Source: Epiperipatus broadwayi (taxonomy: Eukaryota; Animalia; Onychophora). From it: 64,000 nucleotides of DNA. Both the position numbers and the translations under genes were made by a program. Position 1 is the stretch's first letter, and every line of letters begins with the position of its first letter. The notes under the pieces were generated by a model. The model ran no database searches and had not been told where the DNA came from. It saw only the letters and a program-made list of their open reading frames with translations. The stretch spans positions 4,402,001 through 4,466,000 of the forward strand of contig JAQFVV010000003.1 in NCBI GenBank assembly GCA_028023455.1. The letters are read 5' to 3'. Positions 38,880 through 52,603 of the stretch are shown one piece after another.

Positions 38880-40317
38880 AGATTTTATTTTTAAATATTT
38901 TCTTAAAAAATAAAATTCAAAAGAAATGTAAAAATACAAAACAGGTCATTGTGTTTGCTTAAACAGTAATACCTCTATAACCATTGTGGCTGTTAGTGGA
39001 ATTAAAAAGTTTAAAACATAATTAATTGATATATGCACACTTTTCAAAATTTTGTTTGGATGTTATTCCAAATACACTTTTATTGCAAAAATTAAATAAA
39101 GAAATTTATTATTCTAATTATGTATTTCAGTTAATTATTTCTTTTTTATATTTCCAAAGTCAAAATATTATTTTTAAGATCAGTTTTTATTTTTAAACAT
39201 ATATATCTGAGAAATAATTTTACATAATAATATAATGAAGAATAAAAGTTAATTTATTAAAATAAGATGTTAAAAATATATCCCAAATGATCACTAGAGA
39301 CTATCAATAAAAGTGTAATATTAAAGGACTAACTTTGTAAAGCATAACATGTGATACTAAGGAAAAACACATTTGTGTTTTTTCTTCCATTTTTTAAATA
39401 TATATAATTCTTTATAAAAATATAATGGATCTTAGGACTAACAATAGACTATTTTTAAACTTAATATCCCAACTAATGTAGGTCAGACTGAGAATCCAGC
39501 AATATTTCCTGCCACCATTGCCATTAAATGTTTAAATACAGAGAGGGAGTATTACTTGCCACTATAGTATTATTTATTTATTTAAAACATATTTGTCATA
39601 CTGCAGATTAGAGTATCATTTCTAAAATGAGACATACTTATAAGTCAGGTTCAAATCCCTCCCTAGCTTTTTAACATCTGTTTATCCACTACTAACTCAA
39701 AAGAAAAACATGGCAATACATCACAGGGTGTGTGTGATAGTTATATTTAACTAGGTTTGGAATAAGAAAGTAAAATGGACATCTAGACATCAAATAATAT
39801 GAATGTAATAAACAAAATTTTATTTACAATATTTACACTTCTTATATGATACTTAGGAATGAATTCAATGCATAAAGATAAAATATACATGAATGAGAAA
39901 TGTATTTAATAAGATTGAATTTAACTTATGAGCTCCAATATGTTTTCTTCCAATATAAAATAATCATATATTTCTATTATTTAACCATGGCTATAATAAT
40001 ATAAAGACTGTCAAAATATAAATCAATTGATACTATAATAAATATTAATTATTAATAATTGAACAAGAAATTAATTATAAATTGGATTTGCATTAGCATT
40101 CAAAAAAATTACTTTAAGAAGAAAAAAAAATTCAAATTTAATGGGAAAATAAAATGCTAAAATTATTTAGGGAATAGTAATATCAAATTTAGAATTTTCT
40201 ATAATTATTATTATTATTTTCTTTTATAACGATCTTTTATTTAATGTAAATTATCAAGAAATTGTTACTAGTGCAGTGTTAAATCAACACTCCACATATG
40301 CACCATATTATAATATC

Positions 40318-40577
40318 CAATTAGCAAAGTTAAATACAAGTAAACTCTCGATCCAAGTCACAAGATAAAGACTTTAAAAAGATAAGAATGGCCATCTTCA
40401 TACCTAAATGCAATTATATAAGTGAATAGAATATAAAAAGAAATGTAAGTAAAGTGAATAATTTAATCTCATTCCAAGATGCTTAAGATTGGCCTATACA
40501 ATTGCATTTAGGTCCAAAAAGTCTTTATCTTGTGACTTGCATTGAGAGTTTATTCATATTTAACATCACTAATTAAA
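40318..40577. repeat. Imperfect inverted repeat (MITE-like)
   Basis: taaactctcgatccaagtcacaagataaagacttt pairs with aaagtctttatcttgtgacttgcattgagagttta. cctaaatgcaatt pairs with aattgcatttagg. Confidence 0.75.
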
Positions 40578-42475
40578 TATTACAGTAAGATACATGTGTG
40601 GGATACATTTTATTTTAAATAAAAATTTAACTTATCCTAGCATCTAAATTTTGATTTTACACTTTACTAAAAATATAGATTGAAATTCTTTTTAAAAATT
40701 GATCCATTAGACAGTTTTTAAGATTTAAAGTTTAATTTGTCATACTTTTCTTGTCTTATTCTCTGGATAGAATAACAGTGTGACAAGATTATACATTCAT
40801 CATGAATAGGCTGACAAAAATCATGTGAATCCTTAATCATTGATTCACATAGAAATCAGACTCTTCTAAAATTCATATCTGCAGGAGGTCACATATTTCC
40901 AGCTTTAAATGGCTAGTGTATTAGTTATATTATCATTCCAGTATAATGTGATTTTCAGCTATCACATAGTTTTTCATATTAGCTATGTTAATAATTTAGA
41001 AATTAGCTCTGCCACGCTAATTAGCTTAATTATTTGGAATGCTAGTAAACAGAATTTTCACTGGATGAAATGATCAAAACTTTTTGATTATAAAGATGTT
41101 ATAGCTTTCTTAAACCAAGTAATCTTTCTTTCATAGCTTTTTTTCTAAATACAATAATTATAACATGTCTCAATTTCTTTATTTATATAAACACTATTCA
41201 AAATTAGATATAATAGATCTGGGTACTATTATCTATTATTACAAATTACATTTTTAAAAAATACATTCTTCATATAATTAAATATATATATCATACTGGT
41301 GTAAATAAGAATGAAAGAAATAAATAACTTGTGGTTTTTAGAAAAAATAAATTAATTCCTACTGGATACTTTTGCTTCTATTGTTTCTTTCCTTCTTTTT
41401 TTTAATATACTTATTTTGATGTGTGGGTGAAAAGCTTGTAAGATTAGAGTAGCTTTTAATTTAGATGGAGTGAAGTCTAAACTGGTATAATATAAAAATT
41501 AACTATACAATGTTTTTGATAACCAATAGTGTGAATAATATTAAATCATACACATTTTGAAATGCATCATGTAAATCAAATCACAATATTAGAAGACTAA
41601 GTCCAGCTTAATTGTAGATTTTTTATAATTACATATTATTTAATGACATTACAATGCAAATATCTAATAAAGGAATAATTAATGACTTTCTTCAATATGT
41701 AAAAGAAAGTAAAATAATTTATAACATACAAATCATGAATATTCAAAAAGTTTACTAATTACCATTTCTTATTTATATCATATCTGAATAGATGATTGTG
41801 TGATAATTTGGATGATCCTATAGTATACACACTCAATAGAATGATTAATAATATATATATTGTAATATTGTTGTTACATATAAATATGCAAGAATGAAAA
41901 AATGGCAAAAAACTGAGAGACAGAATAGAAAAGAATGGGGTTGTGTTTTAACTGTTTTGTTAAAATGAAATTATTTTAAGAATTCTGGGCGAACCTGAAA
42001 AAATAATTCCAAAATTAATTGATTGACAGCAACAAAATATGAAGTTTTAAAGTATGATTGTAAATAAGGACTTATTAATAGTATACAAAGATTTCAGTAT
42101 TGAAAATTGAAATTAAAAAAAAAAAGAGGGGGGGGATACTATATAACAGTTTTTTGAGTGTGAAATATCTATAATCAGCAAAAAAAAAAAAATCCTGTTT
42201 AAAATCTTTAAAGCAGTCCTTATTCACAAACACAGAAATGCTCTGTAAAGTAGATTGCCAATATTTCAATAAATTCTCATTCATATATGTCAAAATCACA
42301 GAGTCCAGAAGTGCTATTGTGTTTCATGTAATATTGAGTCTCTTTATGAATTGAAGTCTTTCCATTAGTTATTTCATTAAAGAATTTTTCAGCTACTATT
42401 GAAAAAAGATTGTCACAAGTTTCTGTATGCCCACTTTTTGTTTCATGGATCATTGACTTTTTAAAACTATTGTTA

Positions 42476-42557
42476 GAGATGAGATGAGATGAGATGAGAT
42501 GCGATGCGATGCGATGAGATGAGATGAGATGAGATGAGATGAGAGAGAGAGAGAGAT
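42476..42557. repeat. Compound microsatellite (GAGAT)n with GCGAT variants, then (GA)n
   Basis: Read directly from the sequence. Confidence 0.97.
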
Positions 42558-43530
42558 AAAATGGGTTTCTATAAGGCTGAATGGACTGAGTTTCCTCATG
42601 CTTGTCTAAACTGTATAATTTTTTCAGAATTTCAACATTCTCTCTTTTTTTCTGACCTAGCTAATATTTTATTGTTATCAAAATTAAAATTTGGAAATGA
42701 GAATGGAAAATTTTGGTCTGAATGTAGAGTAATTCTTCCTTGCGTTAAAAGAGTCACTCATAAGAAAACATTTTTTTTTTAGTTTCAACGTTGACTTCTT
42801 TTTCAATTAGCAAAAAGCTTGGTGATTTTCTTCATAAATCATTAGAGTAAGTATTTTTAGAACATCAATATATTTATAATTTTTTTTTGTTTCTGATGCT
42901 CAAATAGACATATCAGTATAAGAATTAGGAAGCATAAAAATGTTTTCATCAAAAGTCAATTACATCACTTTTTTAACATATCATTTTTAAGATATTGGGA
43001 ACACTCTTGATTTTGATAATACCAGTTAAATCATGAAAGCACGAGAGAGTCTGTTGAAATTCTGAAAAGACTAAACAAATATTTAAACAAATGTGAAGAA
43101 ACTCAGTTCATATTAGCCTTTTGGAGTTCCACTATTTTGTCACTCTTCTCATTCTATTGTCATGAAACAAAAAAGAAAACATAGAGAAACTGATGTTACT
43201 CTTTTTATAATCGTGTTTGAATAATTTTTTAATAAAAAGACGAATGAAAATATTTTAATTCATGCATAGCTTCAACATTGCTTGAGCCACCACAAAAACA
43301 TCAGTCTTTTTAAAGACATGAAATAGAATTCTTCTATTGCTAATAATAGAAATTTCTCACGGTGGAGAAATATACACAATATTTTAAAAAATTTCTTTAA
43401 TTTCATAGAATTGTTAACTCTCAATAAATTTTGAAATAACAATTTTCAAATAGGTAATCCCTTTTGAAAATTTTACAAATAATTTTCTGTCATTTTTCTG
43501 TTTATTATAAATCTTTTTTTTAAAAAAAAT

Positions 43531-43792
43531 TGTCATGGTATGGGGGCAATTGGAAGGGCATCTGACTTGCAATCTGAAGGTCCCAGGGTTAATTCTGGTG
43601 CGCACAATTCTGGCACTCAAACTTCTTACAAACTCCTGAGAAATAAAACTATTTTTGCTCTGTGTGATTTGGGCACAGTGATAGAGTGTCCAATTTGGAA
43701 TTGGGTGGTCATAGGATCAATTCAAGTGCTTTCAGGTCTGGTGCTTGAACTTCTTATGGACTCCTGAGCAATAAAATCATCTGCCTTTTTTA
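43531..43792 (+). mobile_element. Dimeric tRNA-derived SINE
   Basis: Monomer 1 has a tRNA-like D/anticodon/T arm (gcatctgacttgcaatctgaaggtcccagggttaattc). Both monomers end aacttctta..actcctgag.aataaaa. A T-run follows. Confidence 0.65.
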
Positions 43793-46176
43793 TAATATTT
43801 TTTGAAAAATAAAATAATTAATTAAATAGATAAACATTATAATATAATACAAGCAATGTAAAAGAATTTAATAAAGAATTTGGAAGAATGGGAGGGGGGT
43901 GCTTATATAGTAGGAGTACAAGTTCATCATGTGATTAGAGATAGATAATCAAAGTTCATTAATTTTTGTTTATAAAGGCAGAACTATATCAGTTGCCAAA
44001 TGAATTTGTCAGTTGGATTGCAGAGCAACAGTAAGCTATGACCAACAATTAGGAAAAAGTGACCTAATAGCAACTATAAAATATTGTCATAGATTACAAA
44101 GGATGCAAAAGCCTGCTAAAAAAGCAGTCTAAAGTTTTGAAAAATCACAATGATTTCTACACTAACATGAAATATCTTGCTATGAGTAGTTTAGTGAACA
44201 TTTAAGTTGAATGTTTTTGTCCAAGCATTGTTATTTGAAGACCCAATTCTGATAATAAATGTTCTTTAATTGAGTTGATGATCTGTGCTAAAGAAAACAA
44301 TAACCTGATTTTTAAATAGCAATTTAAATAAAGGAAAAAACATCTATTATAAATCAACTCTTTGGAAGAAACTTATACAATTCATTGATAAAGAAAAAAG
44401 TGAAAATTTGTCAAATGTTTATCATAATTATATAGAGGTGTGTGCATACATTTTTTAATAAACTCTTCAGATTATTTACTTATCTTTTTATAATAGTTTA
44501 AAATCTAACAAATAATATTTTATTATATATTTTGTAATATCTAATGTATACATCATGTTGTGACTCCTAAATATGTATATGGATTTTGCTCTTGAATTTA
44601 AAAAATATAAATTGGTCCTTTGAAAAAGTTTTTCTCAATATTCCATTCAATTTATTTATCTATAGTTTTATATAAAAATGACCACTATTGAACTTGAATG
44701 GAATCTAATAATGTATACAATAAAATTTGTGATATATCAAAAAACAATATCATAGTTATTTATGCAATTTTAATTTAAAAATTTTATTACTATAATAATT
44801 ATTTATTTGAGAATAGACTATATCAGAGTTAAAGCTGTATTATTTTTTGTTATTTGTGATGATTTAATTCTAATTGTCATGTTACCAATTTGTTGAATTA
44901 AACCTAAAGATTCTGCTATCCTTTTATTCAATGTATATCTGTATTTGTATTGCATATATGTGATTTGAGAGGCCACGAGTCTTATGAAACATGGTCTCTT
45001 AAGTTATAACTATAGTGAAATTGATAAAAAAAGAATTTGTGAAGAAATATATGATTTTATGAGACACTTATCTATCAGAAACAATTGTTAGTGATACAGT
45101 TACATCGTTTTATACCCTGAACAAAAAAAATATAACCTGGTGCCGACTCCATAAATAACCTTTATACGATCAACATAATAAGTAAAATAGGAGAAGATTG
45201 AGAGTAAAGTTAGCAAAATTTAATGACTCTACGATAATCACAAATTAATTTATCATAACTCAGGTGTTTGATAATTATTAGTTATTTATATTATCAATCA
45301 ATATGAAGAGAACCTGACATTTGAAACACACACATATATAATGGTTTTGATAATTATTCTGAGCAAAGAAATAGAAATATTGTATTATTCTATTGTCTCT
45401 ATATACAAAAATGCAATTTTAAACTTAAAATATTAATCTTTTTAATCTCCTACCTTTTTAGATCTACTATTTATAGATCTATCTTCATTATATTGTTTTT
45501 GAATTAGACAAAAATTCCATCATACTTCTTTTTTTAAGTATATTCTTTTTTAATTCTAAAGTTTTTATTTTCTAATAATAAAACTAACTACATTACTTAA
45601 TACTATATTATAAAATATTATTTAATTTGTTTTTAAATTATACTCTTCATATTTTAATAGTAACTAATCTATTACATTATTTTTAAAAAAATATTTATTA
45701 TAAAATTTTATTTTTAATAATTCTTTTAATAAAGAATTACAAAGCTATTTTTTATTATTATTCAGTTTCTAATTACGTGTAAGACTACATGGCTAACTAT
45801 GAAATAGATATATTATTTATTTTTGTATATATATAATTTAAACATTTATATTTTATTAAACTGGAAATAATATATAAATCAAGCACATAAACTATGTTTA
45901 ACAATCTAGTTAATCAAATTGTCATGTATACAAAGTGGACTGTGGGTTTATTAATGATTTTATTGGCTAAATTGTTAAACTTTGTTTTAGTAATTTATAT
46001 ATAGTAATTATAATATTCTCATGGATAAATGATGAATTCGTAGTATTATTTCTGGGAGTTTCCATGTAATAAAAATATAATAACTAAATAGCTGATATTT
46101 CAGTACAATAACAAGTACTTTCTCAGAGCTGCTTTTTTTCCAAATCATAAAAATGCATGTGGTGAGACTTAAAATT

Positions 46177-46882
46177 GTTATTTTTTTTTCTTTGTTATTT
46201 TCACCTCATTCTCAAATTCTATTGGTTGAGAAGTTTTAAAAAATATTTTATCCTTTGATAGCTTTTTCCAAATATTGTTAATTTTCTTTAATTTACATTT
46301 TTCATTTATGTTCTTAGGCTTTTAAAAATCTCTATAGCTCCTCTTAGCAGTCTCTGGTCATATTGTTCAATTTTTGCTGAAAATGTGTATTATTAAAATT
46401 GATATCATAGTTAGTTATTTTAATGTGTGAATAAATGACTGATGAATTAGATTTTTCTCTAACTGCCAAAGTGTGTTCTTCCTTTCTTATATTTATTTTA
46501 ACATTCCTTTGGAGTGAAGTTTGTTTACAATCATACATTGGACAGACCAATCATAGAATAAATAAACATAAGAAAGGAAGAACACATTTTGGCAGATAGA
46601 GAAAATCTAATTCATCAGCCATTTATTCACACATTAAATTAACTAACCATGACATCAATTTTAATAAAACATATATATATATATTCTGGAAAAAAGTGAA
46701 CAATATGATCAGAGACTGCTAAGAGAAGCTATAGAGATTTTTAAAAAACCTAAGTACATACATGAAAAGTGTGAATTAAAGAAAATTAACAATAATTGGA
46801 AAAAGCTATTGGAGGATAAAATATTTTTTAAAACTTCTCAACCAATATAAGGAGAAAATAGCAAAGGAAAAATAAATAATGA
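46177..46882. mobile_element. Head-to-head inverted pair of Penelope-like element 3' fragments (GIY-YIG C-terminal part)
   Basis: ~320-bp arms around a ~60-bp spacer. Translation CPMYDCKQT..RKEEHTLAVREKSNSSVIYSHI..INFNN and RLLREAIEI matches the PLE GIY-YIG domain. Confidence 0.8.
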
Positions 46883-46885
46883 TTA

Positions 46886-49800
46886 TGTTCCTATATTTAT
46901 AGATATAAAACATGCATGTGATCTCACAAAGACATTAAAGTAAATCAAATGAATTTTCTAAAAATACCCTCAAAGAGATTGTAAGTTATAAATTTTTTAT
47001 CCTCTCACGTGATCACTATAGAAGTCTATTAATTTGTAAATATGTAAATAGATTTTTTAAAATTATCCTTACTATTATATAATACTGTTCTTTCATTAAA
47101 GTTATTGTTTATGGTTAATAATTTTGTGTTTGTCCTTCCTCATCCAAATCAAGCTAATCATGTATTTGTTAATGTAATAACTTATTATATGGAGTAGGGG
47201 ATAGCGATCAGGAAATATAATTGAATGTGTATGAAAATTTGTTTTTATGCATATTTCATTTCATCATTACTCATAACTAGAAGTTATTTGTCAATTAAAA
47301 ATAAATTGTAAGCTGTCACTCCATTATGTAATCCGTTTGTTCTTTTAAATTCCCATAAACGAAAATTTAATTGCCAAATTTTTTAATTATTGTTATTATT
47401 ATTATTTAATTGTTAACTGATTTTAATACCAATTGTTCATTATGGCACTTACCATTACATTTGGGAACCTGGGTCCAGAATTATCTTGATTAAAAAACAG
47501 AGATTGAACCCAGTTTAGTTTCAAAATATATATTTAATTTTTATTAAAATTCGGAAAAATATAAGTACTTGATTGGATGAGAAGTATAATCATTTATTTC
47601 GTTATAAATAAAAATCGTTCAATAAATCCATATAAAAGTAGTGATAGAGATAGGATTGATAGAGATAATAATAATATACTAGTAAATAAAATAAGGCATT
47701 ATGTTAAAATACTTTATAGTTCTAGGAAGGTTTGCATGATGAAAAGAGGGGTGAACATTCTACTTATCAAATAAATAAAAAAATATTAGCTTTTTATTTA
47801 CGTGTTTTTAAAAAATTTTTTTATAGGAAAGTGAGTAGCTAATTTTGTTTATATAAATTTATATATATGATTACTCGAACTAGGTCAAAAATGGAAGCTT
47901 AGGAAAGTAAAACTGATACTCATGATAGTGAGTTTAAAAATATGATCATAAGCATGTTCACAGAATTGGATAAAAAAAATTGAAAAACGAAATAAAGAGA
48001 ACGTGGAAAGTATGTTTAATGTTTAAAGGAATGGAAGAACAAAACCCAGGATTGAATAAAAAAAATTGAAATGTGTTATAAACAAAGTGAAGATTTTAAA
48101 ACACAAAATAAAGAAAATAAAGAAAACATGGGAAGCATGTTCACAGAAATAAAAAAATAAGTTGAGAGTCAGACAAAAAAAACAGACAACAGATAGAGCG
48201 ATTAACTGAGTAATAGGTAGACTGGAAAATCATTTTGTAGAGTTAAAAACGAAAATTGGTGATGTAAGCCTCAAAGTTTAAGTAAATAAACGTGATGAGG
48301 ATAAGAAATTTAAATAATTGCATAGGATAGTTAAAGAGATAAAAATAGAAAATAGACAAGGATTAAATCAAGCAAAAGTAAAAATCAACTACTTGATTCA
48401 AACGATTAAAAATATTCAGATAAAAGGTAGAGTCAAATTAAAATGCAGTAAAATATAACAGAGATTAGCGAAATAGAGCTAGATATAAAGGAGATTAGAG
48501 AAAATAATAAAGAAAATATTGTGGTAGATGAAATGGATAATAAAGTTAATTGTGCTATAATTTTAGACCCATCACAGATAGATATATCTACTTAGATGAA
48601 GCAGATAAAGCTAGTGATAAATACCAAAACTGCATTAGTTAAAAATGTTCAGTATGTTGATAGTATAAATAATTTTAACCTAAAAGCTTTGGAGGTTGAT
48701 ACTTGCATTACAGAGTTCACATACAATAAAAGTATTAGGAAACTACCTAGATTAAAACTTAGAGAAATAAAAAAAAAGAAATCTAGAGCTTAGGCAAATA
48801 ATTAAGCTAAGTAAATGGTTCAATAAGAAGTTATGTTCAAGAAAATGGTCATATGAGGATGAGAGTAAAAAGTATAACTAGAAAATGCAAAAATGAAATA
48901 TTCATTTTTGCTAAAAATAGATCAGCTATTATATGGTGAATTACAAGTCATTCAAAGTGAGGGCCTACATATTGATTAAAAATATTTAGAAAAGAGGCAA
49001 GGTTTAATCCTCCTATGAATAAGGATGGACTCTTGGCTGATAACTTTGAACTTGTTGATGGGTACATGATAGAGGAAAATGGAAAAATAAATTTTATAGT
49101 ATATATACAAAAGTGGATACTACTGAACATTAGAAAAAAAAAGGTTAGTTAAAAAAATGAATTGCATTGTTTAAATGCTAAAACAATAGTTAAGAAAAAG
49201 TCATGGCAAATGAACTAGATATAATAATGATATTCCATTTAATATTAAAAGGCTGTTAATGGAGAAAAAGGAGGACTGTCTTGATATAAATGTTGATAGA
49301 AGTTTTAGAAGTCTAGTATCATACTTAAATACAAATTTCATAGTCTACTTTCCAACAATGTCAATATATGAATAGTTAAAGAAAATATCAGAGCTCGGAA
49401 TTTAAATGATATCAATCTGTTCTTTACATTGTTGATTAAGCATGTATAAGAAAATACTATATAGTTAAAAATCAAAAATAATTTTATAAGTTTATTAATG
49501 GTGATCATGTTGCTCTCTGTTTTGTTGATAAATGGAGAGTGATTCATTGTTTTGAGATTTTCATGTTCCTTCAGTAAAACACTCTATCTCAGCATGTTTC
49601 CGGATCGTATTATTCTAATATTTATCAGCCTTTAAGTCTCTAAAGTGAGCCAGGTATAGTCATATATTTATCAGCCTCTAAGTCTCAAAAATGAGTCTGG
49701 AATATTTTGATATCTTCCAGCTTCTAAGTCTTGTAGTAGAACAAGGATTTATTTAAATATACTGTTCATTATATGGTCTGGTTGATATTATATTTGTGCT

Positions 49801-51216
49801 CAAGATAGTTCTCCGGTATACACTGATCATATTGCATGATTCACTCCCTGTCATTGGGAGATTTCTTTGTTCATCTCTTTATGGATAAATTGACTATTTT
49901 ATTCCTAAATGGAGTAGGGAAAAATGTAACATTCATGTCAGAGTTTACAGGCATTGCTTTAATGGAAATAATTTTCTGTTAGTATCTATAACAAAATATT
50001 AAAGTCATGTATGTAGAATAGATTTTTTATGTGTTTTAAAATATTAAAAAGAAAAATAAGTGTAAAGATAAAATGTGTTATTATTTTATTCTTTTAAAAA
50101 CAAAGAATTTTTTTTTTTCCTTTCAAAAGAAAAATATTGTTATGGTAACCAACAAAAGATTTCAAATTCATCCGTATTTCAAGAAATGGGGAAAAGAATT
50201 GTAATGCCATTTTTCTGTAATATCACTTGATGTCAAAAAGTCAATGAAATATTATAAAGATTTTTATTAATATCATGCATTTAATGGAGTACAGGACTCT
50301 TTAGAATGTTTTCCCTGACCTTTCAAGTAGGATAGCTGAATATAGAGCTGTTGACAAAATATGCCTTAAATTTTATTTTTTATCTTGCCAATCTATTCAT
50401 AATTATTGAATGCTGAAGAAATATCTAACATTTACTAGCTGAAGAAAGAAAAAAATAGTCATCTAAATTTATTATTCCATGGAAATGTATTTCTATAATC
50501 AATATGTGGATCTACTTATTTTAAAATGTTCAGAAGAAAACTGCAAAGGAAAACTCTCATCAGAAAATTACCCCTGAAGGAACCAAAAAGAAACTAAAAT
50601 CTTATATTGCCAGAAAACATTAAAATTTAGTGATTAATGGTTATGTTTCCACATTTACAAATATAAAACATGCATGTGATCTCAAAAAGATGTTAAAGTA
50701 AATCAACTGAACTTTCTATAGATATCCTCAAAGAGATTGTAAGTTATAAAAAATATTTCCCTCTCATGCATGATCACCATATAAGTCTATTAATTTGTAA
50801 ATATGTAAATAGATTTTTTAAAATTATTATTATTATCATATACTACTGTTATTTCATTAAAGTTATTGTTTATCATTAATAATTTTATGTTTGCCATTCC
50901 TCATCCAAACCAAGCTAATTAGTTATTTGTTAACATAATAAATTATTAGGTGGAGAAGGGTTGCGATCAAGAAGTATAATTGAATGTATATGGAAACTTG
51001 TTTTTATGCATATTCAATTTAGTCATTACTTATGACTAGAACTTACTTGTCAATTAAAAATAAATTGTATGCTGTCACTCCACCATGTACATGGTTAGCC
51101 ATTAGCTATCTTTAAATTCCCCTAGATAAAAATTTAATTGCTGAATATTTTTATTATTATTATTTAATTATTAACTGGTTTAATACCAGTTGTTCATTAG
51201 GGTCCTTACCATTACT
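46886..51216 (+). mobile_element. Old LTR retrotransposon with two ~570-bp LTR-like direct repeats and a decayed internal region
   Basis: Direct repeats at 46886-47459 and 50644-51216 (roughly 80% alike by eye), with TG..CA ends on the first. A TTTGG PBS-like start follows at 47460. K/E-rich gag-like debris at 47890-48800. ~42-bp tandem repeats at 49618-49745. No clear TSD or PPT. Confidence 0.55.
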
Positions 51217-51296
51217 ATATATATATATATATATGAAAAACAAAAACAAGTTATATATATATAATATTATGATTCGATGTCTGTATTTTTAAAGCA

Positions 51297-51517
51297 ATAT
51301 ACGTAATTATATAACTGAATATTTGTAAATACAGTAACTAAATAATTAAAAAATATTTTATCCACTTAGGAGCGCTTTCGATTATCCCAATAATCTGTGT
51401 CAACTAAAGCTTGACACAGATTACTGGGATAATCGAAAGCGCTCCTAAGTGGATAAAATATTTTTTAATTATTTAGTTACTGTATTTACAAATATTCAGT
51501 TATATAATTACATATAT
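51297..51517. repeat. Near-perfect 221-bp palindrome of a PLE pseudo-LTR end with a hammerhead-variant motif
   Basis: 107-bp arms (51297-51403, 51411-51517), 7-nt loop, 2 mismatches seen. The outward arm reads CTTGACACAG-atta..taat-CGAAA-GCGC-TC. Confidence 0.85.
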
Positions 51518-52318
51518 ATATACACACACACATAAACACAACCTCAGTAATTTATTTGTATATTATTATTTTTATTTAATTTTTATATTTTTTTGCTAGT
51601 TTATTACAGATTTCATTTGTGAATTTGACTATGACAAGCACAAACACGCATTAATGTATGCTTCATGTTTGAATATTGAAGTTTAGACCACTTTATTGTA
51701 CTATATTTTTTGATTCAAGTTGCTACTTAATGTGTTTCTGTTCATGTTGACCTACTTAAAACCACAAGGTTTATTAAATTATGAGTTTCAGTTAAAAAAA
51801 TAAATTCATCACTTTTCAATTTGACTTTAAACTTGTGATTATTTTATCATCAAGAATTTTCATTTAATGCATGTCTATTGTAATAAATGTATTTTAGCAC
51901 ACAACATTAACAAGTAACCATTTTACCAATTACTAGGCTAAACAGTAAACTGAAATAAAAAAATATGAATCAATAAAGAAACAATTGTAGCCAATAAATT
52001 TATGAGTTTATACTCAGTAAAAAGCTCCTTTTTAGTCCCTTATAATTTTAAACTTATGACCTTGGGCTCAATTGTAAATTATACAATGCTCATTTCATTA
52101 CCATTTTTACTTTATTTGAGCTCATAACTTTTTACTTAGAAGTAAGCTAAAGTTAGCAAATGTTAAATTCTATTGCCAACTTCTGCAACTCATCATAACT
52201 ATTATAATCTTTTGAGGACAGTAACTAAAAATTAATATTTTTACATGTTTACAATTAATAATACTAATAGCAGTAATAATCAAAATTAATATATTGTTGT
52301 ATTTAATTTATTTATTAG

Positions 52319-52472
52319 TTAGAAAATCCTTTTCTGAAGGAAGTCCTTACTAAATCAAATATAACCAGTGAGCAACTTAAAGATAAAAGGATGAGAAGAG
52401 ACATCTATCATTTTATAAAGATTTCTGGATTTTTACAAAAGTTGATTGAAATCTCTTCAAATTTTCCAGAAG
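52319..52472 (+). CDS. Probable host exon resembling the C-terminal half of the WASP GTPase-binding domain
   Basis: tttattag acceptor, GTGAG donor, 51 open codons. NPFLKEVLTKSNITSEQLKDKRMRRDIYHFIKISG aligns by eye with N-WASP [35 protein letters not shown]. Confidence 0.5.
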
Positions 52473-52603
52473 GTGAGATCTATTATTGTAAATTAAACAT
52501 TAAAGATGAAAATATTTAAATAATAAGTCATATTAATTTATGACACTTAGAACTTTGTTATAAATGCTCTTATTTTCTGAAACAATATGCTTTTATTTTA
52601 CAG

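Noticed and set aside
43540-43610. Functional tRNA gene
   Set aside because: The acceptor stem and T-arm do not pair and the B-box is damaged. It is part of a SINE dimer.
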